From Eledone cirrhosa (Eukaryota), in NCBI GenBank assembly GCA_964016885.1, contig OZ024741.1, positions 333,684,001-333,748,000 on the forward strand: a stretch of DNA of 64,000 nucleotides, in the 5' to 3' direction. The stretch's first letter is position 1. Each line of letters opens with the position of its first letter. Positions 14,768 through 28,189 of the stretch are shown piece by piece. The notes below the pieces were generated by a model, which did no database searches, had not been told where the DNA came from, and saw nothing but the letters and a program-made list of their open reading frames with translations. The position numbers were made by a program, and so were the translations under genes.

Positions 14768-15538
14768 TTAAAGTTTATCACAACTTATAGATTTCTGGGG
14801 TTTTGACTGCATGAATGACTGACTGAATTACCTCCCCCTTTTTCAACATCACTGCTACCAACACTGCCACCACCATCTCTATTAACACTTCTACAGTCCT
14901 CCTTATCCTCATCTTCCTCCTTCCCTCACTACTACTCTATGAATGGTTGTAGCACCACTACCATCATTAACACACCACACATCTTCCATTATTTTTCATC
15001 TCTGATCAACCCACATCACCCCCCCTCCCCTCCGTGGCTTGCTGGTGAATGACTGACTTTCTGAATCTATCACCACTGAGTACAGTAGTGTGTATTAACA
15101 CATACACACGTACATACAGACAAGCACATACATCTACATACACATAGACAAGCACATACACATATATACATGAACATAGAAGTGCACACATACATGCACA
15201 CATACGTCCACATATAGAGACACGCACATGCACACACATATACATGAACATAGAAGTGCACACATACATGCACACATACGTCCACATATAGAGACACGCA
15301 CATGCACACACATATACACATGCACATACAGGTACACACACAGACAACCACATGACACACACACACACACACACAGTGACAACATGCAACCATATACATA
15401 CAGACAACTGCATGCATGTGAACACATACACATGCAGGTGTGAGCACAGACACAATGCTCACACATATGCATACACATGCTTAGATGCACATAATATAAG
15501 TGCATTCACAATCACACATTCACACATTCACAAGACAT

Positions 15539-15569
<31 letters not shown>

Positions 15570-15829
15570 CCTGCACTCACACTCAGCACACACATGCTGT
15601 ACACACCCACACTTGCACACCCAAACTTGCAGATATACATATCCACACACCTACATGCGTACACACACACACACACATACACACATCTACTTGCACACAC
15701 ACATACACACATCTACTTGCACACACACACACATACACACATCTACTTGCACACACACACACACACACACATATAGACTCTAGTTTACCAAACCTGACAT
15801 CAACAAAGAGATGAAGTAGGTAGTAGAAG

Positions 15830-16175
15830 CTAGTGTTGTTGTTATTGTTGTTGCTGCTGCTGTTACTGATGTTTTTGTTGCTGTTATTTGTGTTGTTGTT
15901 GTTGCTGTTACTGATGTTTTTGTTGCTGTTATTTTTGTTGTTGTTGTTGCTGTTACTGATGTTGTTTTTGTTGCTGTTATTTTTGTTGTTGTTGTTGCTG
16001 TTACTGATGTTGTTTTTGTTGCTGTTATTTTTGTTGTTGTCGTTGCTGTTACTGATGTTTTTGTTGCTGTTATTTTTGTTGCTGTTGTTACTGCTCTTGC
16101 TGTTACTGTTTTTGCTGTTGTTGTTGCTGCTGTTGTTGTTACTGTTTTTATTGCTGTTATTGTAGTTGTTGTTGT
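15830..16175. repeat. (GTT)-based minisatellite, unit about 39-42 bp
   Basis: GCTGTTACTGATGTT(GTT)TTTGTTGCTGTTATTTTTGTTGTT is repeated. Confidence 0.9.
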
Positions 16176-16515
16176 CACATCTCTTCACACACATTATTCT
16201 GTCCTGTTGAGAACATATTGGAGAACACATACATTCAATTGAGCTAAGTAAGTTACATCAAACAACCAACCACCTAATGAACTAGCCAGCCAGCATATCA
16301 ACCAGCCAGCCAGCCAGTATATCAACCAACCAGCCAACCAACCACCCACCCAGCCAGCCAGCCATCCTCCATTTCTCTCATCATGCTTTCAATCACATGT
16401 CTCTGCTGTCATTCTGTCATGTCAAACTGTTGGACTGCTGTTTGTCGCCCCTCGCCACCAGCTCTCCCTATGTATGCATGCGTGTGCGTGTGTGTGTATA
16501 TATATATTATATATA

Positions 16516-16546
<31 letters not shown>

Positions 16547-16555
16547 GTATATATA

Positions 16556-16643
<88 letters not shown>

Positions 16644-18224
16644 AATATACACACATTATGCTGAATTATCAATTTTTTAGCTGCTCCCTGTATAACATTT
16701 AGCCCTCTTCATAACAAACCATCTGTGACCACCCTTGGTTCTATAATACAATACTCTTTATTTTAAAGTGTTTAAATTTATCTAAAAACCTTGCGTTATA
16801 ATTTTATGTAAGGATCTCTGTTAAGTTATGTTCCAAACCACCTGACACCACCTGTGGTTCTATGATAGTAAGCTGTTTATTTTAGAGTGTTTATATGCTA
16901 CTAAAACTCTGTGATTGCTTGCTTATCTGTAATGTAATACAGCAAAAAGGGCGCAAAATGGAAAAATACTTTGAAAGTAAGTTGACCCTGAAATGGGAAT
17001 ACAAATGGAATAAAAGAAGATCACGTAAATCGGAGCACAGGTTCCTGAGATATGGGGTTTTTCTGGGTACCTTCATAAACAGAGAGTGAGAGAGAGAGAG
17101 ATAGTGGCTGTAAGAGAGTAGATTGAAAGAGAGGCATAGAGAGAAGGAGAGGAGACAGAGAAAGAAAATGGAAGAGAGAGTTGGTGGTGTTGTTGTGTAT
17201 ATATATATATGTGAATGTGTGTGTGTGTCTATATGTGTGTGTGTGTCTATGACCAGTGTATATAGATCACAGACACCCACATATATATATACACACACAT
17301 ATATATATACACACACACACATTTATATATATATACATACACACACGTATATATATGGGCCTTCCAGTTTCATTTCACATTATATACATGTCCCTGTATA
17401 TTTTAATTATTTGAAAAATATTTTTAAGTGGACATGATTTTAAAAAAATACTTTGAAGTGAATGTGACCCAATGGGTCATGGGTGGTCTAGTATTCACCT
17501 AAAAACCTTACATCATAATTTTACATAAAGACCTTTGTTAAGTTATGCTCCAGATAATCTGCTTAATAATGTGAAATATATTTTACAAGAATACCTCCAA
17601 ATCATTTTAAGATTCCAAGTAGTGCCTTTCATTAGAAATATAGTAATGAATGGGTTAATTAGTGATAGAACATAGCACTAACACAACACGATTTACAAAT
17701 AAAGAACTATATGAACCCATACAATAAGCACACTTTTTGTCTTGCTGTGAGTATTTTTAAATTTTAAGCTGTAATCATATCAAAGCTACCCCAACTTTTG
17801 AACTATTGAACACAAAATGATGTAAAACAAAGTCAACTTCAGCAAGATTTTAACTTAGAGAGCATAGAGTATATCAGCACTTACTTACTTGTGCCCAGCT
17901 GCTGAAGTATGAAGAATAATATTTTCTTGTAGATTTTGTAAACAAATTATTCTTGGTGAAGTTTTATTTACCGCATTTGCCACAGAATATAGAAGTAATG
18001 AAATACAACTGCAAACTGATGTCATCCATAGCTATCATACCAGTAATTGCAGCAGGTTGGTGGATATTTTACTGAGAGAGCTCATGTATGATTTTGAAGG
18101 ATATAAAAATAATAATGAAATTATTGTGTACAGTGCTCAGGTGCACTACAACTCATCAAAGGTGCATGTATAGTACATAGAATAATGTACAAATGTCAGG
18201 AAAATGAACAGTGTATGAGTCATG

Positions 18225-18225
<1 letters not shown>

Positions 18226-18257
<32 letters not shown>

Positions 18258-19210
18258 AATATTGTGTACAGTGCCCAGGTGCACCACAACTCATCAAAAA
18301 GTGCATGTACAGTACATAGGGCAATGCACAAACATCAGTAAAATGAACAGTTCACGAGTCATGATACACACATGTGTGCATGTGTATGGAAGGGGTACAT
18401 CAGGTGTAGTTTGGCATATTTCGGGAAGCATGAGTGTCTTAAAGGATGCAGTGTCTCGGCAGCTAACAACTGACGCAGGCAGTTTGTTCCATGCTTCAGC
18501 AACTCCGAGCGTGAAAAAATGTCTACGAAAGTAGGAGCTGTGCTGTTTTCTGATTTTGTAGGCATGTCCACGTGTGTTAGACACATGTAGATCAAAAAGG
18601 TGCTCAGGGTTGCAATTGGCGAGATGGTTAATAACTTTGTGGGTATTCACCAAGTCCATTGCCAGACGTCGGAGCTTCAATGAATCCATGCCCAGGGAAG
18701 CAAGGCGTTCAGAGTATGGTAGGTGTCTGATGGAGGGTATGCACTTGGTTGCATGTCTCTGAACAGTTTCCAGGAGGTCAATGTTCTGAGCAAGATAGGG
18801 GTTCCAGACTGATGATGCGAATTCAAAGTGTGGTCATACCATAGCTGTATACAGTTTTAAATAGATGGCTGGAGAGCGGCTAACAAAGGTCTTGCTGAGT
18901 GATGCCAAGACACCCTCGGCCTTCTTGACAATCTTAGAGACATGCTTTGTCCAACGCAAATCGCTGCTGACAGTAATGCCCAGGTCACGTTCACAAGAGG
19001 ACTTCTTGATATCAGTGTTGTGGAGGGAGTATGTGGACGCTGGATTTTTCCTTCCAAAATGCATGGTGGTACACTTGTCCACAGCCAGCTTCAGTTGCCA
19101 GTCTGTGATCCATTGCTGCATTGTGTCCAGGTCTGATTGTAGGAAAGAGTTGTAAATTTCAGGATCAGTCCTTTTGATTTCAAGGTACAGCTTGATGTCA
19201 TCTGCATATG
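18226..19210 (-). mobile_element. CR1-clade LINE, 5'-truncated (RT C-terminal half, 3' UTR and (ATT)n tail)
   Basis: Minus strand reads YADDIKLY...LQSDLDTMQQWITDWQLKLAVDKC...ERDLGI...WNPYL...VQRHATK...TRGHAYKI...HFFT....AWNKLP, with one in-frame stop. An extra 3'-end copy lies at about 18110-18225. Confidence 0.92.
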
Positions 19211-19359
19211 TTTGATTTAATTTATGGTTGGTGTCATATGTACATGGTGGGCAGGGTTGACTAGGTTATGGTTTGTGTTTGCTTGAATTTGTGGATAATA
19301 TGGGATTGAATTAGATTTGTTCACATTTTAGATAATTTAATTGCATATATATTGACACA

Positions 19360-19855
19360 TCATTATCATCGATTTTATGTCCATTTTTCCACACTATGAG
19401 TTGGACAGGTCCTCTTCAACACAGCAACTCTCCACATATCACAATCCTTCGTCATCTCCACTGTGGATCTCAGTGATTTGAGATCAGCTCTCACCACCTC
19501 TACCCAGATCTTCCTTGGTCTACCTCTACTGCAGCTTCTTTCCACTGGTATTTCTTGACACATCTTCACCCAGCAATCACCATCCATGTGCATTTCATGT
19601 TCATATCAATACAGTCTCCTCTCTTATACACTACTTCTGATTCCTCTTATACTCAGTTTTTTTCTCAGTTCATCCAAGTGCTGTCATTCACTTACACTAA
19701 CATTGCACTTCCTTTGAAGCATGCTTGCTTCATTTCTCTCCAGCCTGTGCATATCCTCTGCCGTCACTGCTCATGTTTCAGAGCCATGCAGCATAGCACT
19801 TTGCACACAGGCGACATACAGCTGGCCTTTCATTTCGAGGGAGAAATCTTTTGTT
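19360..19855 (-). mobile_element. RTE-clade LINE 3' remnant
   Basis: Minus-strand peptide ...RGRPRKIWVEVVRADLK...DMWRVAV; tail GAAAAATGGACATAAAA followed by (GAT)n. Confidence 0.8.
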
Positions 19856-19953
19856 GTGATAATGTTAACACTAATTAATACTAACCAATGAAGCCTTGTT
19901 GCATTTGTTCAAGCTTTCTGCACTTAGAGTTCAAATCTCACAGATCAACTTAA

Positions 19954-20172
19954 CCCTTTAGCATTTAAACCGGCCATATCCAGCCAGAATTCTCTCACCC
20001 CTTTCTGTTTAAACCAGCTGTAATTGGCCACTCATACTGATGTTAAGGTATTGTTCTCAAAATAAATAATATCAAAATCTCCTAGATTCGATATTATGTG
20101 AGATAATTATGAGGTAAAGCCTTTACTGTAAAAATATAATAGTATATATAGAGTAATGTAAATGCTAAAGGG
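19954..20172. mobile_element. piggyBac-type MITE inserted in a family A SINE
   Basis: 13-bp TIR CCCTTTAGCATTT / AAATGCTAAAGGG with TTAA on both sides. SINE sequence continues across the insertion. A partial second copy lies at about 35457-35670. Confidence 0.88.
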
Positions 20173-20509
20173 TTAACCTTTCATCCTTTCAGGGGTTGAT
20201 AAATAAATAGAGCAGTGGATCGACAGAACAGTTAGCTTATCAGACATGATGGATTTCAGTATCTTTTTGTGTTCTCACTTCACCTGCATCATCAATGGTA
20301 CCAAATTATATCAGCCCTTGATTTTCTCTCAAATAACATTAGTGGCATAGAGAGACTTGCATAGAAGGGAGACTGCTGATCTTCCACAAATAAATATTTT
20401 ATTCAGGTTGTACCTTCATGAGGAACTTTCCAAGTGCAGATAGAAATGTATGATCAATCATGACAAAAGAGGATCTATCAAATCTTTCCTTTTTCTTCTA
20501 CCCCTTCTC

Positions 20510-20552
<43 letters not shown>

Positions 20553-20591
20553 GTCTTGTTCCTCACCTCTTTTTCTTCTCTCTCCTTTTTC

Positions 20592-20652
<61 letters not shown>

Positions 20653-20671
20653 TGTTCCTTACCTCTTTTTC

Positions 20672-20744
<73 letters not shown>

Positions 20745-21564
20745 TTCCCTCTTCCTCTCTCCCCTTTTCTTCTCTCTTTATTCTTCCTCATTCTTCTTCC
20801 TGCCTTCCTTTCTCTCTTTTTTCTTCCTATCTTTATCCTTTTTCTCCCGCTCTCCCTCTCTCTTTTCTTCCTCTCCCTTTCTCATTCATTCATTCTTTCC
20901 TTCTCTCTCTTTATTTGTCTTTTTCAAGTACACACAAATAACTTCAGTCCTTATATATGTAACACTCTAAACTGGAGAAATACAAAGAGAAATAATTTCA
21001 CACTTTTCATGTGAAGATGGTGAACTGACAAAAGCCATTAAAGTGTTGGATAGTTGGATAGAATATCTTCTGTTATTTGTTCTATCTCTCTCTTGATTCT
21101 CAGTTCAGATCCCACTGAGACCAACTTTGCCTTTCATCCAATCAGGGTCAATAAAATAAAATATCAGTTCATGACAATGGATGGACAATATTGATAAAAC
21201 AGTATTGATGGTAGATGCCTTCCACTACTGGCACTTAGAGTTCTGAGTTCAAGTTTCACCTTGGGATTCCAATCTCACTAATGGCCAGAGCTAATCACCC
21301 GACCATGTATCGCAACTACAATTGGTTAAGAAGAGTTGTGGTCATCTATTATTGCAGTTGAACAATGATGATGATGATGGAGGTGATGGTGATGACATTG
21401 ATGATGATGATGGTGTTGTATGTTAGTTAAAAACAGATGTCTTTCCTGTGTTCTCTTCATTCTTTGTTACTTGACAGACAGTTTACTCAGTTTCAATTCA
21501 TACAACCACACAAACATATATTTATATATATATATATGTGTATATATATAGGTATGTATGCATG

Positions 21565-21694
<130 letters not shown>

Positions 21695-21745
21695 TACATA
21701 TATATATACATACATATATATATGCATACACATATATATATGCAT

Positions 21746-21779
<34 letters not shown>

Positions 21780-22260
21780 GCATACATATATATATATATA
21801 TACACACACTCATACACACTCACACACACACATACTCCCCTTTTCATTGTTTCTTCTTATGACCCAACCATTGTATCTGAGAATTCACCACTAACACCAA
21901 CACCACCACCAACAACAACAACAACAACAATTACTACAACTACAAGGGCGGCTTTTTATGATACAGATGATCAGACATATAAGCCAAGCTAAGCTAAGCT
22001 CTCACTTGTTTTTATGAGTAATGAGAAAAGTCTGTAGGAAATAGAAAGAAAGAAAGAAAGAAAGGAAGGAAGAAAAACTGGTTCTTTTATCCCATTCCAT
22101 CCGATTCCCGATTCCTTCGAATGCCTTCGTCCATAAAGTTAACCTCAGTACTTTGGCTATCTCTGCTTTTCATCTTTCTCATTATAAAGAAAACATTACA
22201 GCTATGCCAGGTCAGCCCTTTCTATTTTTTTTCTTCGTTTTCATTTTACATTTTATCTCC

Positions 22261-22307
<47 letters not shown>

Positions 22308-22574
22308 TCCCTGATGTATGTAAACTTCAACTCCTGACAACTCAGCATTTCATACAATTGCAATATATACAATAGAAGGAATCCTTTCAAAATCAAACCC
22401 CCCCCCCCAAAAAAAAAAGCATAAAAATAAAATAGTGAGTACCAGTGTTTAAGAAATAAACTTTTCAATGGTATGGTAACTTGTCATGGCAGTGTAGTAC
22501 ATCTATGTAAATGGAGCATTCTCTTCTTCCTCCGCCTTCACCTCCATCATCATCATCATCACTATCATCATAAT

Positions 22575-22760
22575 CGTCTCTGATTTAGGCACAAGGCCAA
22601 CAATTTAAAGGGAAGTGGGGAAAGTCAAATAAATCAACACCAGTGCATTACTGGTTACGACCCCGTAAAGATGAAAGGCAAAGTTAACCTTGGCAGGATT
22701 TGAACTCAGAATGTAATGGGGTGTAACTATATGCTGTAGCGCATGTTTTCTGATGCTCTA
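22575..22760 (-). mobile_element. SINE family A
   Basis: GATGAAAGGCAAAGTTAACCT..GGATTTGAACTCAG core and GGCACAAGGCCA tail in reverse orientation. Confidence 0.8.
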
Positions 22761-23210
22761 CCAATAATGCATCAAGTTTCAAAGATTTCCAACAAAAATG
22801 GATAATTTTAGGAAATACTGTAACTGTATTCTTTTAAGTTGCTTTAGGGTGGAAGAGCCATAGAAGGGGAAGTTTCCATGATAATGTTCAGCGTCTCCAA
22901 GACAAGTAAGAAGGAAGGAGAAAGCTATTCTTAAATTGGAGACCTGTCCTGAAGACTGGCAACAGAATGCACATTGCAAACTGCCAGATGGTGTTACTAA
23001 ACTGGCAAGTCCTTTAACTCTACCACCCAATATTAACCTCAGAATGCAGAGCTAGAGCAAATACTGCAAGGTATCTATATGTCAGAACTGGGACTATATT
23101 TTATTGTTCTCAAAACAGATAAAAGGCAAATTTGACCTCAGTAGAGATTAAACCCAGAGCACAGAGAGTAGGAATTGATACAGCCAAATATTTTGTCCAA
23201 TGCTCTAATG

Positions 23211-23543
23211 CAGGAGTGTGCAACATATTCCATTGGCGGGCTACTTTTGAACATTGAAACAACTATTAGGCCAGTCACTCTCAAAAATATGTAATCTAAT
23301 GAAAACCACAATCTAATGAAAACAACAACTTCTTTCCATAACATGAAACTGGGAAATTATAACACACATAACCCTATCAGTGAAGCCCTTTAGTATAGGT
23401 CAACTAACAGAAAATTGTATTACAGTTACGGAAAACTTCTAAATAAGCCTACAAGGTAAAAATTAAAAACGGTCATCGCAGGCCACTCTGACTAGTCTGG
23501 CGGGCCGGATTGTGGCCCACGAGCCGCCTGTTGCATACCCCTG
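23211..23543. mobile_element. hAT (Charlie-like) MITE
   Basis: TIR CAGGAGTGTGCAACA / TGTTGCATACCCCTG; perfect 8-bp TSD CTCTAATG at 23203-23210 and 23544-23551. Confidence 0.92.
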
Positions 23544-24647
23544 CTCTAATGACTTGACCATTTCACCACCTAAGTATGAATGTTATTTTCCCCACCCCAC
23601 TTTTCAATAGTACACTCTCAGCTTTAGAAAAAAATTATCAAAAAAGGTATCTTGAAATACATTCCTTACAGAACAGGGCCCACCCAAAATATTCTAAAAC
23701 CCTGGCAAGCAGCAAATCCTGGAAACAGGTCTGCTTCTGTGGTTGTGGACATGCTGTATAATGCACTTATTAACTTTCCTTTCATTATAATTTTTCTACT
23801 GAAATACATTGTCTATGATTTTCAAATAATCTAGAATTTGGAAAGATTTAGTAATATATCTCTCTCGTTACTTATTTAGTGTTTGGAACATAACTTAACC
23901 AAGAATCTTACATACAGAGTGGACTGGGGGGTGTTAGGTATGGCACTAGTTCTACCACTTTAGAGAGTAAACTGAGTGGCACGAGTACTACCACTTTACA
24001 GGGTTGCATTTTATCATGGAACCATCTCTACCGCTTTACTGAGTGGGCTGAGTGGCATTTTATCGTAGCACCAGCTCTACCACTTTACAGAGTTAACTGG
24101 GTTCATTTTATCACAGCACCAACACTAATTTTAATTATCAATTCTGGTCAAAATAGCTAAGGGAGATAACTCACTACTCCACAAACAACTATAAATGGCA
24201 ATGGTGACTTGACATCAATTCATAATGTTAGTTGTTAGTCCTAAAGGAATATTTTTCTATGATCATGTATATTTTTCCATCTTAATGTCTGTCCAATTGT
24301 ATTTTACTTCTATATTTATAGATTCTGTTGCATTGCATGAGGTACATGCGAGCTCTATAACCTATTCCCTAAGCTTTACTAGCTTTTCACAGATGAAATA
24401 CACTTGCTTCTTATTTATTATTTGTGTGCTGCTTCTATAAAATCTGGTGTTTATATATATATATATATAAACACCTATACACTGGTTTTGTTTTATCTGC
24501 CATAATATTATACTTCTGTAGGCAGTATATGTGTGTTCGTGTGTATAAATGAATATATATATATATATATATTCACACACACACAAACTATATATATTTC
24601 TACATACATACCATCATCTTCGTTTAACGCCCATCTTCCACACTACC

Positions 24648-24705
<58 letters not shown>

Positions 24706-25194
24706 TGGCTCTGTAGTGTAGTGAATATTATTATTAATATTCTATTTAAATTTCATTGTTGTTTCCAATTTATAATATTAAAGCCATAAGAAGAGATCAA
24801 GTGATAGTTTTTCTTTATTTTCTTCTCCTTATACTTTCATGTTAATCTCTGCAGAACAGAAACATAGTCCATATGTCTAATGGAAGATATATAATGGATA
24901 ATTAGACCCTAACATACTACTGGTATTGTGTATCATCATTAGTCTTTTTACATCCATTTTTCCATGTTTTCATGAGTTAGTTCAGTACTCTCTTCAGTAC
25001 AAATACTCTTCACTGGTTTACTTTTATATTTGTGATAACCTTTGAGAGTTTCTGTTACATCACATCAATTTTCACCACTTCTATCCATACATCATAAAAT
25101 ACCTTTCTTATTAAACTGGCATTCAGAACGTATCTTTCACCTACCTCCAAAATTGTTGTCTTGTACCTAAATCAGAAACTATTAAGGGTGTCAT

Positions 25195-25410
25195 AGATTG
25201 GCTCTATTGGTAGAACGTCGAACAACATGCTTTGCAGCATATAGTTATGACCCTTTACTCTCTGACTTCAAATCCTGAGAGAGCTTTGCCTTTCATCCCT
25301 ACAAGATCGATAAAATAAAGTACCAGTAATGCACAGGGGTCACTTTAATCGATTCTCCCCTTCTGCAAAAGTTGTTGGCATTGTGCCTAAATCAGAAACC
25401 ATTATTATTA
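25195..25410 (+). mobile_element. SINE family A
   Basis: Head, CTTTGCCTTTCATCC core and GTGCCTAAATCAGAAACC(ATT)n tail. Confidence 0.8.
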
Positions 25411-26300
25411 TCATATTTCCAACAGTTGTGTACAAGTTTCTAGTGCATGACTAAGTGCACTTTTGTACTTCTGAGGTATGAGTAGCATTGCTTTTGTGAA
25501 TGTAGAATTGTGTGTATGCCTCATTGCTTTTGCATTGTAATGGGGTTTGTTTGTCTATTTCTGATGACACCAAAAATAAAACTAACATCACCTAACATTT
25601 TAGTGTTTCTTATGTAGAGTGTGTGTAAAGTCAGTGGTGTTATTTTGTGATAATGCCAGTATTAGTGTTTTATATATACTGTGTGATTGGTGCTATGTGT
25701 TTTGTGTAGAGCGTGTGTAATGTGAGTTGTATTATTTTGTGTATTGTTAGTGTTTTATACATGCTGTGTGATAAGTCCTTTAGAATCTGACAGTGATTGT
25801 GTAGTGAATGTGCTGTGTTAGTTGTGTTATTTTGTGTTTGTCGTGTTCATGCAATTAGTAGGATGTGTTTTATTGTTGGATGTATGTGTATGTGCAGAGC
25901 AAGAGCTGTGTCAGTTATGTTGTATTAATAGGTGGCAATAACCATGTTTGGATGGCTGGAAAGGTATATAAAGTATTCAACTGCTAGGCAATATATATTT
26001 GAAAATGTTTCGTGTTTTAACCTACTCATAAATGAGACTCAAGGGTCAGTCCTCCTCGTGTTCCTGGCTGACAGGATGGAGAAGATTGACCTGGAGGACA
26101 GCGAGGTAGCTATTGTTTATGGAAGTAAATCTATTCCAAATGCCACCACCATAAATGCAACCTAGGAGTCAGTCCACCTCATGATCCCAGCCAACACGAT
26201 AGAGAGGGCATTACCCCAGAATTGTTGCTGTTATAGTGTTGGATAATGATTATGTAAGAGTATGTGTTATGTTATTTTATTGGATGTTTATTGTGTAGAG

Positions 26301-26519
26301 CAGGCATGTCAAACATGCGGCCCGCGGGCCACATGCAGACTCTTACAAGTACACCTGTGACCCACACAAATGTTTTTACAGCACAAGCATGTTTTATCTT
26401 TGTATTATAAGATTAACCAAATTAGTGGTAATGTGCACAATTAGTTGTCATGTGTGGCCCTCAGACATCACATATGTGACCCATGTGGCCCTCCGGGGAC
26501 CCTCAGTTTGACATGCCTG
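26301..26519. mobile_element. hAT (Charlie-like) MITE
   Basis: 14-bp TIR CAGGCATGTCAAAC / GTTTGACATGCCTG; TSD GTGTAGAG / GTGTAGAA; internal GGCCC motifs. Confidence 0.9.
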
Positions 26520-26882
26520 GTGTAGAATATGTGCTTTGTTATATATTTTGGTGGTGGTTGTGTAGAGTATATGTTGTGTTATATCATTTAGTGGTGATTG
26601 TTTAGAATATGTATGTATAATGTGTGTATGGGAATATTTTTCTTTTGATACCAGTGTGGAGATGTTTTATAGTTTTCAAAACATTTCAAACATTGGAATA
26701 ACTTGAATACAACAATGGATGAAAGGCAAAGCTGACTTCAACTAGATTTAAACTGAGAAAATGTATTTGAAGGAAGAATTCTAGGAATCACCACTATCAA
26801 TGACTGGTACATAAATTTATTGACCTGACTTTGGGAGGACAAAGAGTACATTCGACATTGCCTGGATTTGGACACAGCTTAT

Positions 26883-26957
<75 letters not shown>

Positions 26958-26963
<6 letters not shown>

Positions 26964-27545
26964 ATACAAGGACGATAATAATGTTAAGCCTTCATCACAT
27001 TTATTGATTGGTGACGTGCAGCTCAAGGTTCGATCTATATCGATCTGGTCCAACTCTGGAATCAAAAGCTCGTCGGACCTCTGCTGTTGTAATGACACAT
27101 TCTGTCATTACAACAGCAGAAGTCCAACCACCTTTTGATTCCTGAGTTGGACCAGATCGATACAGATTGAACCATGAGCTGATCAATAACGAAACACGCA
27201 TCACCAATCAATAAACGTAATGAAGACATAACAAATCGTCCTTGTATTATTATATTTACACTTGGCAGTATCGGTAGAGAGTCGGACGCCATGTTTTCCA
27301 GCACAGTTATGTCCCTTTATGGTCTGAGTTCAAATCCCGCTGAGGTTAACTTTGCCATTCATCCTTACGGGATCGATAAAATAAAGTACCAGTAATGTAC
27401 TGGGTAATTGCTGGCCTTGTGCCTAACATAGAAACAATTATTATATTTACACTCTGTTTAGCTCTACACCTCGATACAGACGTGAATCTAAACATGGAGT
27501 GCTCACCTGGGTGAACCTACAGTAACTTCATATTACACTCTCTGT
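26958..27545. mobile_element. Fold-back element in (TA)n with arms of about 140-150 bp and a unique tail, interrupted by a SINE
   Basis: Arms 26958-27097 and 27102-27255 (ATAATAATACAAGGACGAT...TGTTGTAATGACA / TGTCATTACAACA...ATCGTCCTTGTATTATTAT). The tail resumes after 27453 and ends in (TA)n. Confidence 0.75.
27263..27436 (+). mobile_element. SINE family A with 17-bp TSD
   Basis: TSD ATTATTATATTTACACT at 27246-27262 and 27437-27453. A-box-like TGGCAGTATCGG, B-box-like GAGTTCAAATCC, and central GCCATTCATCCTTACGGGATCGATAAAATAAAGTACCAG resembling the Meta-type SINE domain. Confidence 0.92.
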
Positions 27546-27796
27546 ATATATATATATATATATACTCATTTCCATTTGTATATGGCAGGGTCAATAACAT
27601 TGTTAGAACTCAATGTGGCCTTGAGGAGAAGGTTTTAGTGAAAATAGGCAGAGGGTGTTTTAGTATTTGTGGTAGGGGCTCATCACATAAGGTTCCCTTG
27701 AAAATTCTGTTCAAGCTATAGTTACTTATACATATGTGTGTGTGTATTGAACAATGAAAATAAAACAAAAGTCAAAGATAGGTTCTTAATTAGAAC

Positions 27797-27862
<66 letters not shown>

Positions 27863-28189
27863 ATATATTAATTAGACCTAATAATATATATGTGTGCGTG
27901 TGTGCGTGTGTGCATGTGAGAGTATTTATATAGGTACAGTATGTGCACAAGAAAGCACCATCTCTATAATCACATGCAGCTTACAGATGCAGCTATCATT
28001 TTGTATATGCACCTACAAATATATATGTGCATATGCTAGCTTGAAAAGAAAAAAAAAACAACAAAAAGAATTTATTATTCCCAATACAAAAGTTAAAACA
28101 CAAAGAATATTAATCATGTGACTTCATTTGGGATTTCTCACGTGTATATGACTGTCTGACTGTTGCTAGCAGAGGAAGGGGGTGTGAAA

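Noticed and set aside
21836-22030. Possible minus-strand exon (acceptor TTTCCTACAG near 22031)
   Set aside because: The pyrimidine tract is a (TTTC)n microsatellite, the donor is weak and no coding signal is recognisable.
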